Below are positions 26,503-38,850 of a stretch of 64,000 bases of DNA, piece by piece. Both the position numbers and the translations under genes were made by a program. How positions within the stretch are numbered: position 1 is the first letter of the stretch; each line of letters opens with the position of its first letter. The stretch is from Selaginella moellendorffii. Lineage: Eukaryota; Plantae; Lycopodiophyta. The stretch lies in the NCBI RefSeq assembly GCF_000143415.4, contig NW_003314261.1, positions 1,351,674 to 1,415,673 of the forward strand, read 5' to 3'. The notes beneath the pieces were generated by a model. The model worked only from the letters and a program-made list of their open reading frames with translations. It did not search any database and was not told the DNA's origin.

Positions 26503-28256
26503 ATGGGGTGCTTTGGCTGCTGCTTTGGGCTGAGTAGGAAATCTACCAAAGCTTCGAAGCAAGCGAGCTATTATCCGGCAGGAGCTTCGCAAGAGCAGCT
26601 GCTCAAGTTTCCAGGGAGTGATACCGCGTCCAGTGGCAAGAGGAGTTCTTCGGCAAGGTTTTCGAGCAGTGGTCGGGAATTGGTGGGAGTTAGACTAGGA
26701 AAATCGAGCCAGGAAAATGGATGGTCTGTGGAAAACGCTGCTAATCCGGTGACCGATGTGAAGATCACTCGACGAGCGAATACTTCCCAGGTAAGTGCGC
26801 ATTGTGTGCCTACAGAATCACGGTTAGAAAAAAAATTCTTGTGTTTTTTTTTTTTTTTTTGTAGAGCTACGATGGGAGTAAAATGATCAATCAATACGTC
26901 CGTCACGAAAGAATTGGGAAAGGGAGCTATGGGAAAGTGGTGAGTGGAAGTCTTTCAACTTTCTGTAGAAACATTTTATTCCCTTTCAGGTACTGCACCG
27001 TAGCTTGTTTGATCAAAAGTTTTATGCCATCAAGGTACTGAATTGTCTCGCACCATGTGCTAGATCTAACCGCTGTTTTTGAAGGTGTTTGATAAGTCGC
27101 GACTAGGGAAAATTCGGGTAGCCCCGTCTGAAACTGCAATGATGGACGTTCGTAGAGAAGTAAGTCTCTTGTTTTCTATGAAATTTTTCTACGAAGCATT
27201 ATGAGATGTTCTTTCACTCTCATTTTCTGCAATGTTTTTATTTTTAATTTTTTCAGGTAGAGGTAATGAAGCACTTGAGACATCCTAACATTGTTAGATT
27301 GATTGAGGTCATAGATGATCCAGAGTGTGACCAGCTCTATATGGGTAAGATTGTGATTATTATGTTGTTGCTACTTATGTATACTTGTCTTTCAGTTCTG
27401 GAGTACATAGAAGGGCAACGAATGTTTAAACAATCTGGACCACCTGGTGGCCTTGGCGAGTCCACAGCGAGACGCTACTTCAGAGACATCGTGGCGGGTT
27501 TGATGTATCTTCACAACAATGTAGGGTCTACCTTTTCTTTGCTTTTTTGCTTGAGTTGATCGCGCATTCTATCAATCGACAGAAAGTTATCCATGGAGAT
27601 ATCAAGCCCGAGAACCTGATGATCACTGCCGAAGGCAGGATCAAAATTGGAGATTTTGGTATCAGTCGAACTTTCGAGGTACCACAGAGTTTGTGGTGTG
27701 GTGGTGAGATGAAAGTTTTTCTTTCTTTCTTTTGCCGCAGGGCGATGATGATCTTTTACGTCGATCTCCTGGCACTCCTGTCTTCACAGCACCAGAATGC
27801 TGTAAAGGTGTTTCTCGTGATTGGAGCTCTTCCGACATGACTCATGTGTGTTTGTTTTGTTCTTTTTATTCTCGGAAAGGCATGGCATATCACGGAAAGG
27901 CCGCGGACGTCTGGGCTCTCGGAGTGACTTTGTACTGCATGGTCACAGGACAGTATCCATTTGTTGGGGAAAACTTTCAGGACACTTATGACAAGGTAAG
28001 CACCCCGATGGATGGGTATCTAATCATTTGACACGCTAGCGCTTTGCAGATTGTCCAGCAAGAGCTCTCGATGCCTCCTGGCCTGGATCCCGATCTTCAA
28101 AACCTGTTGGAAGGACTTCTCTGTAAAGGTGCGAAGGTTTCATTGATGCCCAACTTGAGTTTATATGTAACTTTTTCCTTTTTCTTAGATCCCGACCAAC
28201 GAATGACACTAGATGCTGTTTTGTGCCATCCTTGGCTCCTTAAAGCAAGCTCCTAG
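26503..28256 (+). CDS. SnRK1-activating kinase (GRIK/SnAK, CaMKK-like)
   Basis: MGCFGCCFG N-terminus, KMINQYV..IGKGSYGKV, RVAPSETAMMDV, HPNIVRLIEVIDDP, HGDIKPEN, DFG, RRSPGTPVFTAPEC. Confidence 0.9.
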
Positions 28257-28960
28257 AAAGGTCCGTGGATGTAACGTGTCTAAAGTCGTTTGGTAACACT
28301 TGGAAATCAAATCCACAGGGGGCGTGATCTGTGCTTTTGCTTCATGGCATGGCACCAATCTCGACTTCATGTGGTTAAGAAACTGGTAAGAATTCCGTGT
28401 TTGTTTACTCGCTCTCAACTCGCAATCGTTGAATTTTCCTCCAGGAAGGAAGTTTTGGTAGACTACACTTCAGAATGTTAGCATTCCGGTCAAGAAGAAG
28501 TGGCGAATCACTTTCTCGGTAGCTTGTTTGTTGGAATCAAAACACCCAAACACAGGAAAAAGGCAAAGCTGATGATGATCGTCACGTACAATAAACACTC
28601 GCCACCATCGAGGAAGTTTTGTTCCAATCTAAGAAAACCTCATAAAAAAAAACAAGTTTGAGCCCAAAAGTCCGTGTTTGTTTTGTCTGTGCTCTCATAA
28701 ATTGGAAGAATTAAAATCTCTTCGTTCCATTGATCATCGAGTGAACAAAAACAACGAAGTAAAGTTATCAGAGAGGAAAAGACTTCGTCTCTGTCTGTCA
28801 ATCCAACCAGGACATCGCAGAAAGAAAGAAATCAAGACAAAAAAAAAAACGAAGAAAAAGAAGAGCCACAAACCTCCCCCAAGAACCAGTAGAGATGTTT
28901 GCTGCCGCTGTGTTCCAGCTCCAATCCTCCATAGCTCAGCTTCCAGTTCTTTCCTCTTCT

Positions 28961-30463
28961 CTAGATGTGAGCCAGCGAGACCGGGAACTCGTCGATAAAG
29001 TCCGACCACGCGTTCTTCACTTGATCCGGCTTGAGCGACTTTCGAGCTCTCCACACCGCGCTGTTGCACTTAAACCCGGATCCAAAAGCAATCTGCCAGA
29101 TCCGGTCCCCGCGAGCAATCCTCCCCTTGGCCTCGCAGTAGGCGAGCTCGTACCACAGCGAGCTCGAGGAAGTGTTCCCCCAGCGGTAGAGCGTCATCCT
29201 CGACGGCTCCATATGCCACGGCGAGAGCTGGAGGTTCTTCTCCAGCTCGTCCAGCACGGCCCTCCCCCCGGCGTGGATGCAAAAGTGCTCGAACGCCAGC
29301 TTGAAGTCGGGGATGTAAGGCCGGACTTTCATCTTGAGCACCTTCCTCGCGAAGAGCGTGAAGAAGAACATGATCTGCTCGGACAGCGGCAGCACCAGCG
29401 GACCCAGCGTCGTGATGTTGGTCTTGAGCGCGTCGCCGGCCACCGCCATGAGATCCCGCGACAGTGAAACTCCCACCGTCCCCTTGTCGTCCTCCTGCTG
29501 GTAGACGCACTGGAAGCACTTCTCGTCGGCCCCCTTGTGAGTTCTCACCGTGTGGACGAGCTCGTACTTGGCGCGGCGTCGCGCGGACCGCTTGTTGGAG
29601 AGGAGGATGGCCGCTCCACCCATCCGGAAGAGGCAGTTTGGCACCAGCATGGAGCGCTCGTTGCCAAAGTACCAGTTGAGCGTGATGTTCTCCATGCTCA
29701 CCACCAGCGCGTACGTGTTGGTGTGGACCTGGAGCAGATCCTTGGCGAGGTCGATGGAGATCACCCCGGCGCTGCAGCCCATCCCGCCGAGATTCAAGCT
29801 CGTGATGTTGCCGCGCATCCGGTAGTGATTGACGATCATGGCCGAGAGCGATGGAGTGGGATTGAAGAGGCTGCAGTTGACGACCAGCACGCCGATGTCC
29901 TTGGGCTTCACTCCGGTCTTGGCCAGGAGCTCGTCGATGGCTCCAAACATGACGATCTCGGCCTCCTTCCTCGCCTCCCTCATGCATGGATTGGGCGGAA
30001 CGTTCATCACTGCCTCGGGGAGATAAGTGTCCTCGCCCAGCCCGGATCTCTCCAAGATCTTCTTCTGGAACTCGAGAGTGGTGTCGTTGAAAGCCCCCGA
30101 GAGCGTGGATCGCTCCATGAAAGTGGCCTTGGAGCACTTCCTCTCGTCGTCGGGCTTGTAGCACGCGAAATCCACGAGATAGACCGGGCGGGGCCGCGAC
30201 ATGAAGTAGAGCGTCGCCGCGAAGACGAGCGCCCCGGAGCACGCCAGCACGCTCACCAGATTGAACTGCAAGTGCTCCCACAGCTTCCAGATGTCGTCGA
30301 TCCCCAGCCTGCCGATCTCCGCGGCCACCAGGAGCATCAGCGGCACCAGCAGGAAGATGAGCGCCCGCGACACCACATAGAGGTAGCCCAGCTTCACGTA
30401 CTTGAGCCGCACGGACTGGAGGAAATCCGGGAGCCTCGATCTTACCCGCGGGGGACGATCCAT
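28961..30463 (-). CDS. 3-ketoacyl-CoA synthase (FAE1/KCS family), intronless
   Basis: [62 protein letters not shown]. Start placed at MDRPP. Confidence 0.96.
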   Translation of the reverse strand: MDRPPRVRSRLPDFLQSVRLKYVKLGYLYVVSRALIFLLVPLMLLVAAEIGRLGIDDIWKLWEHLQFNLVSVLACSGALVFAATLYFMSRPRPVYLVDFACYKPDDERKCSKATFMERSTLSGAFNDTTLEFQKKILERSGLGEDTYLPEAVMNVPPNPCMREARKEAEIVMFGAIDELLAKTGVKPKDIGVLVVNCSLFNPTPSLSAMIVNHYRMRGNITSLNLGGMGCSAGVISIDLAKDLLQVHTNTYALVVSMENITLNWYFGNERSMLVPNCLFRMGGAAILLSNKRSARRRAKYELVHTVRTHKGADEKCFQCVYQQEDDKGTVGVSLSRDLMAVAGDALKTNITTLGPLVLPLSEQIMFFFTLFARKVLKMKVRPYIPDFKLAFEHFCIHAGGRAVLDELEKNLQLSPWHMEPSRMTLYRWGNTSSSSLWYELAYCEAKGRIARGDRIWQIAFGSGFKCNSAVWRARKSLKPDQVKNAWSDFIDEFPVSLAHI

Positions 30464-30717
30464 TGCTGGACAAATGCGGCGCGCGGCTTGGCTTCTTCTT
30501 CTGTCAGATCCGAGCTTGGCGCATGAAACCAAAGATTTCCCTCTCTCCCACTCCTCCTTTTCTCCCTTCTCGCGAGCCAAGAACCCTAAAATCTGGAAGA
30601 ATGGGCGGCATAGCATGGGCGGCATTTATATCACCGCTGGCGGTCCATTACGTACCACGCGGAACGCCAAAAGACCAGCCGGACATATCGCTATCGATTT
30701 TTACTCCTGGCCATAAA

Positions 30718-30814
30718 GAGCTAGCCCTAATGTTTGAAAAAATAAAAGACTGGGGATATGCTCGTTAGCTCGAGCTAGCCCTAAGTTTTGAAAAAATAGA
30801 AAAAGGGGATATGC
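30718..30814. repeat. Imperfect ~44-bp direct repeat in the KCS/ARM-like divergent promoter
   Basis: gagctagccctaatgtttgaaaaaataaaagactggggatatgc vs gagctagccctaagttttgaaaaaatagaaaaaggggatatgc. Confidence 0.75.
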
Positions 30815-30901
30815 CGCGCATCCGGTTAGCTAACAAACGCCCTTTAACTAACCCAGGGGGGTTAGGCCAAGAACTTAGGTTTTGGGCCACCTCTCTCATC
30901 G

Positions 30902-32277
30902 ATGGCGACGATGACCAGCGCGATTCTTGTCCCTCCCGCGCGCTGCTGCTCCAGGTACTCCCCCCAATCGAGTAGATTACTCCCTCGCGACGCGATTTGG
31001 AGCGTCAGCTCCCGGGATTTCGCGCTGCGACGGGATGTCTCGGCTCGGGCATGGTGGTCTTCGAAGAAGAAGGATCAAGAACAGGCGGAGGTGACCGCTG
31101 CTACCTCAGAGACGGAGGTTTCGAAAGGAAGTGGGAGGAAGAATGCTGGGAAGAATGCGGTGGCAGCAGCGCCGGTTGTGAAAGAAGAGGTGGAAGAGGT
31201 GGAGATGAGCTGGGTGGAGGAGAAGACCGGGGAGCTTGTCCAGATGACCGGGAATGCCATTCAAGCGATTCCAGGGCCCAGGGTGGGACAGAGCTCCGTT
31301 CCATGGCTGCTGGTTTTGCCCGTGGCGTATTTCAGCGTGACTTTCGTGATCGCTGTGTACAGGACTGTGAAGAAGTATAGCTCTCCAAAGGCGAAGAAGA
31401 GAAGGATGGTAAAGCTCTCGGAACTCTTTCGTTTTGTTCTTTCGCTTTTTACGTGGAGATGGATGATGGATGGACTCATCTTTTTGTTTCAGATTGGAAA
31501 GAATGCCTTTTTGGTGACTTCCTTGGACAAGTATTTTCCACAGCGCCGTGAAGAATTTGACAGCAAAGTGCTCAAAGAGCTGGAAAGGAAGGTAGGCTGT
31601 GATTCCTTTTTTTGTTTCTGCTCTCCTTTTCACTGCGTGTCCTTTCCAGTGCTCTTTTGACTCAAAAGAAGTGCTCCGGAAGTATATTCGATACGCCATG
31701 AACGAGCGAGCTTTCACGCCGGAGACTGTCGCAGATCTTATCCATCTCCGAAGGATCACCAAGCTGACCGACAATGAGATTGCCGACGTCTTGAACGAAA
31801 CCTCGAGGCGCGTGGTGAATGAGAATGGTCTGTGAAGATTTCGGCTTGAATCACGTCGTGACCGGGCTTTGCATGTAGGAACCGTGATGATGGATTTACG
31901 GGGACTCACGGAGAGGGGTGTCAAGCGGAAGGCTGCTGTTCGTTCTCTCTTTAGCAAGCTCCTATACTTATCTGAGGTGAAGATCTCTATACTCTGTGCT
32001 GTTTCTCACCACAGTTTCTTGTTCTCCAGTTGGACGAGTTCTGTTCGACGTCAAGAGACGCTCTGAAAATCAAAGAGCTTTTTGGAGTCACAGAGTACGT
32101 ACTGCCCTTGTAGCTGTCTTGTATTAAAACATTCTCGGTTTTCCGTGCAGCGAGGATGCAAACAGCCTGCGCATTGAGACCCTGACCCAGCTTTCGGATA
32201 TTGATTCACTAGACAAGATGGTGAATCCAGAAGACACGGCTATGGATGAAGGCACACCAGATTCAAAGGCGTCGTGA
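30902..32277 (+). CDS. Conserved plant chloroplast protein with armadillo-like repeats
   Basis: Transit-peptide-like start, AIPGPRVGQSSVPWLL plus TM, KYSSPKAKKRRM, LRKYIRYAMNERAF, KRKAAVRSLFSKL. GT-AG introns. Confidence 0.75.
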
Positions 32278-33479
32278 CCCATGCCTTCTCGGGGTAACTT
32301 TCCACAGTTTTGGTAGCAATCATGTATCCGGGAATCTCGTCTTTTCCGTGTAGTATACTGTAAGTGTGATTTGAGTTTCAGGTCGTGCGCTTGGACTTTT
32401 TTCGTTCTGACCATAGTAAGTCCATTTCTTTCTCCGACGTGCTCAAGTCCCATGCAGTGAATTATTTGTAAACGCTGTGCCAATGTTTCAGGCTCGCGAT
32501 ATCCTTCAAAAGTTCAAGAGAACATTTTCGAGCTTGCGAAGCCATCAACGATTTCAAGCCCGCAAAGAAACCATCGCTTGTTTTCTCGATTGCTCTAGCA
32601 GCTCCATTGTAGCGCATGAGTGATGCGAGAGATGGTGTCACTTATTGAAAGCTCTTGGGCTCCAAATCACCTGGAGACATCAACTTTGGAATCAAAGTTC
32701 GAAAGTGATGGAGAAAATATTCATTCCACCGAACCGGAAGATTTTGAAGGACATTTTTCACCAACCTTGGTGTTGATCCTTTGATAAAAATCGAATCTTC
32801 TTCTGGTCAAAAAGTACGTACGTAAGCAAGCACCAAGATCTTTCGCTCTATAGGAAGATCAGGGCGAGTCCCAACTGGACAGTATGGGAACTTCTTATCC
32901 TTATCCTCCTCAAGGTAAGAGAAGAGTTTGAAGTTAATGATCTATGGATGAATCTTTCCTTCTCCAATTCAAGGCTATCCTCCTCCAGTGGCGCCCCCGC
33001 CGCAATACTATTACCAGGGGCCTTCTCACCGCGAGAAAGGATTTGCAGAAGGATGGTAAGCTCAGCGAGCACAGATTTTCTACCGGTTTTTATCACTCTT
33101 TTGGTCGTCTTGCAGTTTAGCTGGTCTGTGCTGCTGCTGGCTGCTAGAGATTTGTTGCTGCTGTGGCCCGCATATGTTTCTGGGCTGTTAGTATCAGTAC
33201 TTTCTTAGTCTATGATAATCATATATTGACACCATGTATCTATCAGTGCCTGAAACATTTGCAATTATATGTGTTCTGAGAGACAATAGTTAATCATGTC
33301 TAGGAGCCAAAACTTGCTACCGGCACAACCACTTTCATAAAAAGGAGAATTTTAGTCGTAAAGATCCCTTTCTCGCTCTTCCCATCCTTGGTGATCAGGC
33401 TCCCAGTGGACGATAAAATGCTCAAAAGCATGCCACTGCCACTGTTCGCACCAGTGTGTGGCAATGAATGAACGCGTTG

Positions 33480-33646
33480 TAACATTTCACGCTGGTGAGA
33501 TCCATCTATACCGGCGTGCTGGACGAAATCTGGGGCTTACGGACTGGCATATGGAGCCGTCGAGGATGGGGAAATACTTTGTCAAGCTCGCTGTCGCTCC
33601 GGGGTTTAAATGCAACAGCCCGGTCAGGTCTGCTCTCTTTTCTTAA
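33480..33646 (+). pseudogene. KCS 3' relic with internal deletions
   Basis: [26 protein letters not shown] is collinear with the KCS C-terminus. Confidence 0.7.
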
Positions 33647-33775
33647 AAAAAGATCTCTTTTTTTTTAAAAAGAAAAAGCCAAAAAAAAAAGCTTACTGCT
33701 TTAAAACAATATGACAAGTTTAACATTGCTTTCAAAGCTTCAACCTTCACAAGCTTCTAATTTTTTTTTCCATAT

Positions 33776-34171
33776 ATGTTAAGGCCAGAGAATATGAGAC
33801 TCAAATTTCTCATAATTTTCTCTTTGTTTCGTTACCTTGAGGGCAAGCTTGAGGATGGTGGGACTGCAAATGTTATACCAGTTGGAGATCCACGGGATGT
33901 TATTTTGTTTACACTAGATCAAGTGATAGATTCTATTAGTCATGATTATAGTTACTCATATGGACAGGCATTCGCATATTTTAACATGATTGGGTCATTC
34001 CGTGTGCTTGTAGCTGCATGGTTTCTCAACCCTGTTAATGATGAAGGATATTGTAGTGGTCAATTTAACAGAAATGGTGGTGCTAGTGGAGATGACATAA
34101 CAACTGGTTTATACCCAATTTATCATGTTTTGAAGGATAAAACTCAATGGCAAGGTTTTGATAGTTGTTAA
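33776..34171 (+). CDS. Hypothetical AT-rich ORF with a signal-peptide-like start
   Basis: 131-aa ORF in very AT-rich DNA, hydrophobic MRLKFLIIFSLF start. No family recognised. Confidence 0.35.
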   Translation: MLRPENMRLKFLIIFSLFRYLEGKLEDGGTANVIPVGDPRDVILFTLDQVIDSISHDYSYSYGQAFAYFNMIGSFRVLVAAWFLNPVNDEGYCSGQFNRNGGASGDDITTGLYPIYHVLKDKTQWQGFDSC

Positions 34172-34223
34172 TGCGAATTTTATGGTTCTTTATTTTCTAG
34201 AGTATGGATAAAAAATACCTAAG

Positions 34224-34718
34224 ATGTCAATAGAACAACTTACAAACAAAACTCAGATGGTAGAAAAAATTCCTCAAGACTTATATGATTGTTGGATTAT
34301 GTACTCAAGCCTTATTTCTGGAGAGGATTATAATAAATTTTCTTTTATGAATCCTGGCACTTTGAAACTTTCACCAAATAAAAAGTATGAGTTAGTATTG
34401 CTTAGTAATTGTGAAATTCAATTATTAGATGTGCAAAATAAATTTGCATATTGGAATAGTAATACTGGTAATTATGGACAATATGGTTGTATATTAAGGC
34501 TTCAAACAGATGGTAATTTGGTATTGTATAAAAGAAATGGAGATCCACTATATACAATTAATAAATATTGCTCACCTTCACCATGTGAACTACCATCTAT
34601 TCTTACTATACAAGATGATGGAAATTTAGTGTTGTATCGTAGTTTATCAGGGATTGTAGACTTTGTTATCTACTATAAAAAAAATAAATTGCTATGCATT
34701 CTATGTAGCAAAGTTTAG
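34224..34718 (+). CDS. Bulb-type (GNA/B-type) lectin domain protein
   Basis: LSPNKKYELVLLSNC, LRLQTDGNLVLY and LTIQDDGNLVLY (QxDxNxVxY mannose-binding motifs). Confidence 0.75.
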   Translation: MSIEQLTNKTQMVEKIPQDLYDCWIMYSSLISGEDYNKFSFMNPGTLKLSPNKKYELVLLSNCEIQLLDVQNKFAYWNSNTGNYGQYGCILRLQTDGNLVLYKRNGDPLYTINKYCSPSPCELPSILTIQDDGNLVLYRSLSGIVDFVIYYKKNKLLCILCSKV

Positions 34719-34990
34719 TTTTCTTAATAGTAGTGTTATTCTTACTTATTAATCCAATTAATCAAATAAATTTTATAAATATAATCATGTTTATAATTTA
34801 TAATCACAAGATTAATCTTATTACATTTCAACCATTAGATGATAGAATAAAAAATAATATACTAGAAAGGGTTTCAGAAATTTTATAAATTATGAATATG
34901 TTTATAAATTATAAATACAAAATTAATCTAAATGAATAACAACCATTAGATGGTAGAATATTCTAGAATATCCTATACTAAGCAAACTTA
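34715..34990 (-). mobile_element. AT-rich MITE-like element, copy 3 (inverted)
   Basis: Reverse complement of copies 1 and 2 (ttattaatccaattaatca, cacaagattaatcttat). Ends TTAGTTTTCTTAA...CTAAGCAAACTTA. Confidence 0.55.
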
Positions 34991-37090
34991 ATATATAAGA
35001 TAAAATTACATTTAGATTTTTCTTTAATTTATGAATGTTAAATAGATATATTTTACAGTCCTAATAAAATAGATGATTTATTTTTTGAATTTAAAGTAGA
35101 ATTGTTTTGTATGCTTAAAAATATGTGGAGGAGGTAAAAAAGTTTTATTTCTATTTTTGGTTTAAAACAATATGCTTTGATATTCTGATATATTCTACTA
35201 TTTAATTATTGATATTTAGATTAATCCTATTTAGAAGCTATAAGATTATAATTTTTAAACTTTCTTAAACATCTTTTATACTTTATATACAGTTATATTA
35301 TTTTGTAATTATAGATTATAAATATTTTTGTAGTTTATGAACTTTCTTAAACATCAATACTTTATTACAGCCCACAAAATGCTCAGGAAAAAGATGATGT
35401 GAATTCCTCTTCTTTGGATGAGGATCATTAAATATGATTTCTCTAACCTAGAGTTATTTTTCTTTTTGGATAGTTATACCACTTAGCAGCCATTAGCAAG
35501 GAAACTCTTTTTGAATCTTCCCTAGTTTTTCTATCGAAAACATTTTTGTGTTAAGAGTATGAACTCCTCATTGTTTTCTTTTATTTTTATTTTTTCTGTT
35601 CTTTCTTAGCTATGGGTTTACCAATTTAAAGGTGACAATTAAAGTGCAAAGAGAATTAAATAAAAACCTTAGCAAGTATTTCATTTTCTTTCATTAAAAA
35701 AGAGGTTCTAATGACCTCATCAATATGGAAAACAGTAACAAACTTCCACTCGAAAGTTAAGTTTGATTTTTAAAAGGTGCAAGTGTTTTAGAAGCAATGT
35801 GAGAAACAGAAACCAACTTTCTCTTTATCAAATTAAAATGATCTAGAACCTGCTGTATTATAATAATATACATTTAAAATACATAAACAAACTAAGTGTT
35901 GCTACAATGTAAAGTGCAACAGATTTTTATTTTGTTTCTTAGATTCTCCTCAGTTTTACTGGTGTGTTTTTTTGTAACAATTATTCTAAATATGCTAATA
36001 TGATTTTGGTTTTTGGTTTATTATATTATGTCTACTGGTGCCTCTTAAGTTTCAAGTTCTTCTAGTTCTTCAATATTACAATGAAAGCTCTAGATGTTTC
36101 ACCAGATTTACCATCATCTTTGAGAGAGGAGAATAATATGAATTTTGTGAATATCTTAATGTATAAAAGTGTGATTGGAATGAATTTTCTTATATATAAA
36201 AGGTCTACAAGTTCTTGTGGTGGTGTTAACAACCTAATTGAAGTTTCAGATGCTCTTCAAGAAAATCATATAATTATATGCAAATGTAAGTGGTAAGTGT
36301 TCGGGAAAAAATTATCACTAAAAAGTTATAAAGGTAAAATTAATACTGTTACATTTTAGACATAGTTTATTGCAAATGATGAATTCAAATATTAACAGAC
36401 ATTAGTGTTAAAACAGCAAACATAAGTTGTAATATTAGTATAAGAATTACAAAATCACTATTCCCACCTTAGTAAAAAGGCTTTTAGAGTTGATCAAAGG
36501 GCTTGGGACTCAAATGTAGCAGCACTGGGCATTTTGTGCCAAGTTGAGATGGGACTCCATTCAGTGTCACTCCTTTGACATTGAACAAACTAGCTGCATT
36601 ATTTAAAGCACTTTCTATAGTGTTAAAAAAAACACACCATCAAAGTTACAGTTGCAGACGTCAGCGATTACCATGCTCTGTTGAGCTGTCGTTGTGCTGG
36701 CAGTCCAGGCTGGACAGGCCCAACTACCAATCTCGTCAGCAAGACTCCACATGCCCTGCAGCAAACAAAAGATAAGAAAACCATTGACCGCCAAAATATC
36801 GCCGAGGCATATCCCTCCCCCATTCAAACCCGTTCCCTCTGGTCAAGGAGGACCAAAGCAAAGGACCCAATGTAGGTCCTATTTCTTATATCACAAGGAA
36901 AGTGGACATTACAGTGGTGCCTAGTAGTACCCCTCTAAAACCAACCAACAAATCAATAGCCAGAGGCTGACATGCCACCCCGGACTCCATCTCCAACGCC
37001 ACCTCGGGCCCCCATCTCGGGCACCTGATGCCACGCAATGAGTTCTCCGGCAACCAACCTGTGTTGTGGAAAAAAATGGGAAACCTTCCT

Positions 37091-38674
37091 CTAGCTCTCT
37101 GTACTCGTCTCCTCAATCTCTCGTTCTTCCCGTCCTCGTCGATCATCATCGCCGCGGCGGGGCTTGAGAGTGACCAGGCATCCATCCCTGGGGACAATGG
37201 TGGGCACGTAGAGGATCTCGTCGCAGCCGGGCGTCCGGACCCTCTCCCACTCGACCATGCTGGAGAAGAGCGCGGTGAAGAGCACGAGATGGTTGATGGC
37301 GTACCTCTGGCCGAGACACTGGTGCGATCCCGCGCCGAACAGCAGCCAGTTCCGCTTGAACGCCACGTCCTCGAGCCGCGCCGCCGAGAATCTATCCGGA
37401 TCGAACGCGTACGGCTCCCTAAACCCCTGGAACGACGACTCCAACAGCGACGGGAAGACGATGGCCCCCTTGGGAACAGTGTACGAGTCCGTGATGGGGA
37501 AATCCACGCTCGCAATGTGTGGCACCATGGTCGCCGGCGGCCTGTAGCGAAGCACCTCCTTCACCACCATTTCCGTGTACTTCATCTCGCGCAGGAGCTC
37601 TGACCCCACCGGGGTGGCGGGGTCAAAGTTTGATCCAAATTCTCCTTCTCCTCCTCTGCGAAGAGATCTTTGCTCGTCGAGGATCTTGCCGAGCACTTGC
37701 GGGTTTGATTCGAGCAGCGCGCAAACCCACACGAGGGACGAGGTGGAAGCGTCCTGTGCCGCGAAGAGGAAGTCAAATATGTGCTGCCCGACCTGGCGGT
37801 CCGAGCTGTGCGGCGGCGGCGGCGAGCCCGACTCCCGGGCGGCGCGGATCTCCGCCAGCGTCTCCGCCATCCAAAAGTCCATGAGGCACGCCGGCTGCTC
37901 GCCCGGGGTGCTCATCCGCCGCTTGCTCCGCGCCGCGCACTCCCCCAGCGTCGCCACCAGCCGCTCCACCGCCTGCTTGGCGCGGCGGAAGGCGAAGCCC
38001 GGGAGATCGATCGGCAGCGCCAGGAGGCCGAGGTTGAAGAGGTTGTAATCCCGCGTGAAGTGCTCGCGCGCTCGCGGATCCAGGTATGGTCCCACGAACA
38101 CCTCCTGGGACGTCTCGAGATTCATGTCGCGGCAGAGGCTCCTCATCGCCACTGGGCGCTGGTGGATCGAGCTCGAGGAATTGGCGAGCCAGCGATGGAT
38201 GTGCTTGCGGATGGTGCGCTCCTGGATGGCGACGTAGACGCCCAGCGCCTTCCAGGTGAAGAGCGGCGCGAGACGGCGCCGGAGATCCTTGTGCTCCTCC
38301 CCAAACATGAAGATGAGATTCTCCTCGCCAAAGAGCTTCTTCCCGAATGGGTGACCCACGAGATGGAATGCCTCGGGCCGGACATTCGCGAAGATCTTGT
38401 GTGAGAGCTCCGCGTCGCGGACAAAGAGGATGAATCGCCCCAGGATCACGTCCCAGGACAGGCCCCAGGGGCTGCTCCTGGCCCGGATCGCCTGGCGCTC
38501 CCAGAAGCCCGTGGGATCGGCCACCATGGCCGCCACATTGCCCAGGAACGGGATCACCAGCCGCGGCCCGGGCAAATGCGCGCCCTTGCGGATGTAGCCC
38601 AGCTGCTCCCACGCCAGCGCGCACAGCACCAAGCTCGACGCCACAAGCAGGCAACTCCACGCCCAATCCTCCAT
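37091..38674 (-). CDS. CYP710A: Cytochrome P450 CYP710, sterol C-22 desaturase, intronless
   Basis: FHLVGHPFGKKLFGEENLIF, FDFLFAAQDASTSS, EVLR, FDPDRF and heme motif FGAGSHQCLGQRYA. Confidence 0.95.
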   Translation of the reverse strand: MEDWAWSCLLVASSLVLCALAWEQLGYIRKGAHLPGPRLVIPFLGNVAAMVADPTGFWERQAIRARSSPWGLSWDVILGRFILFVRDAELSHKIFANVRPEAFHLVGHPFGKKLFGEENLIFMFGEEHKDLRRRLAPLFTWKALGVYVAIQERTIRKHIHRWLANSSSSIHQRPVAMRSLCRDMNLETSQEVFVGPYLDPRAREHFTRDYNLFNLGLLALPIDLPGFAFRRAKQAVERLVATLGECAARSKRRMSTPGEQPACLMDFWMAETLAEIRAARESGSPPPPHSSDRQVGQHIFDFLFAAQDASTSSLVWVCALLESNPQVLGKILDEQRSLRRGGEGEFGSNFDPATPVGSELLREMKYTEMVVKEVLRYRPPATMVPHIASVDFPITDSYTVPKGAIVFPSLLESSFQGFREPYAFDPDRFSAARLEDVAFKRNWLLFGAGSHQCLGQRYAINHLVLFTALFSSMVEWERVRTPGCDEILYVPTIVPRDGCLVTLKPRRGDDDRRGREEREIEETSTES

Positions 38675-38850
38675 CCGCTGCCGCCCCGCCGCCGCCGCGC
38701 TGTCGTCCTCGATCGCCGCGGATCAACCCCGGCCGCCCGCCGCGCCCACGAGGAAGAACCCTAATCACCATCCCTGCCAATATATCGGCGCCATCCCCTC
38801 CGCCTCGGCCCCGCCGCCCACCCGCCCGGCCCCCATAGCCGCCCGGAAGA

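Noticed and set aside
29070-30526. Long overlapping ORFs (467 aa and 329 aa) over KCS
   Set aside because: Shadow ORFs from high GC3 codon bias; no recognisable domains.
32480-33480. Coding-like stretches and short ORFs (also 35380-36900)
   Set aside because: No recognisable family or consistent exon chain; possibly relics.
33870-34070. Gnk2/DUF26 resemblance (GDP..DY..AFAY) in the orphan ORF
   Set aside because: The C-x8-C-x2-C motif is absent and the similarity is too weak.
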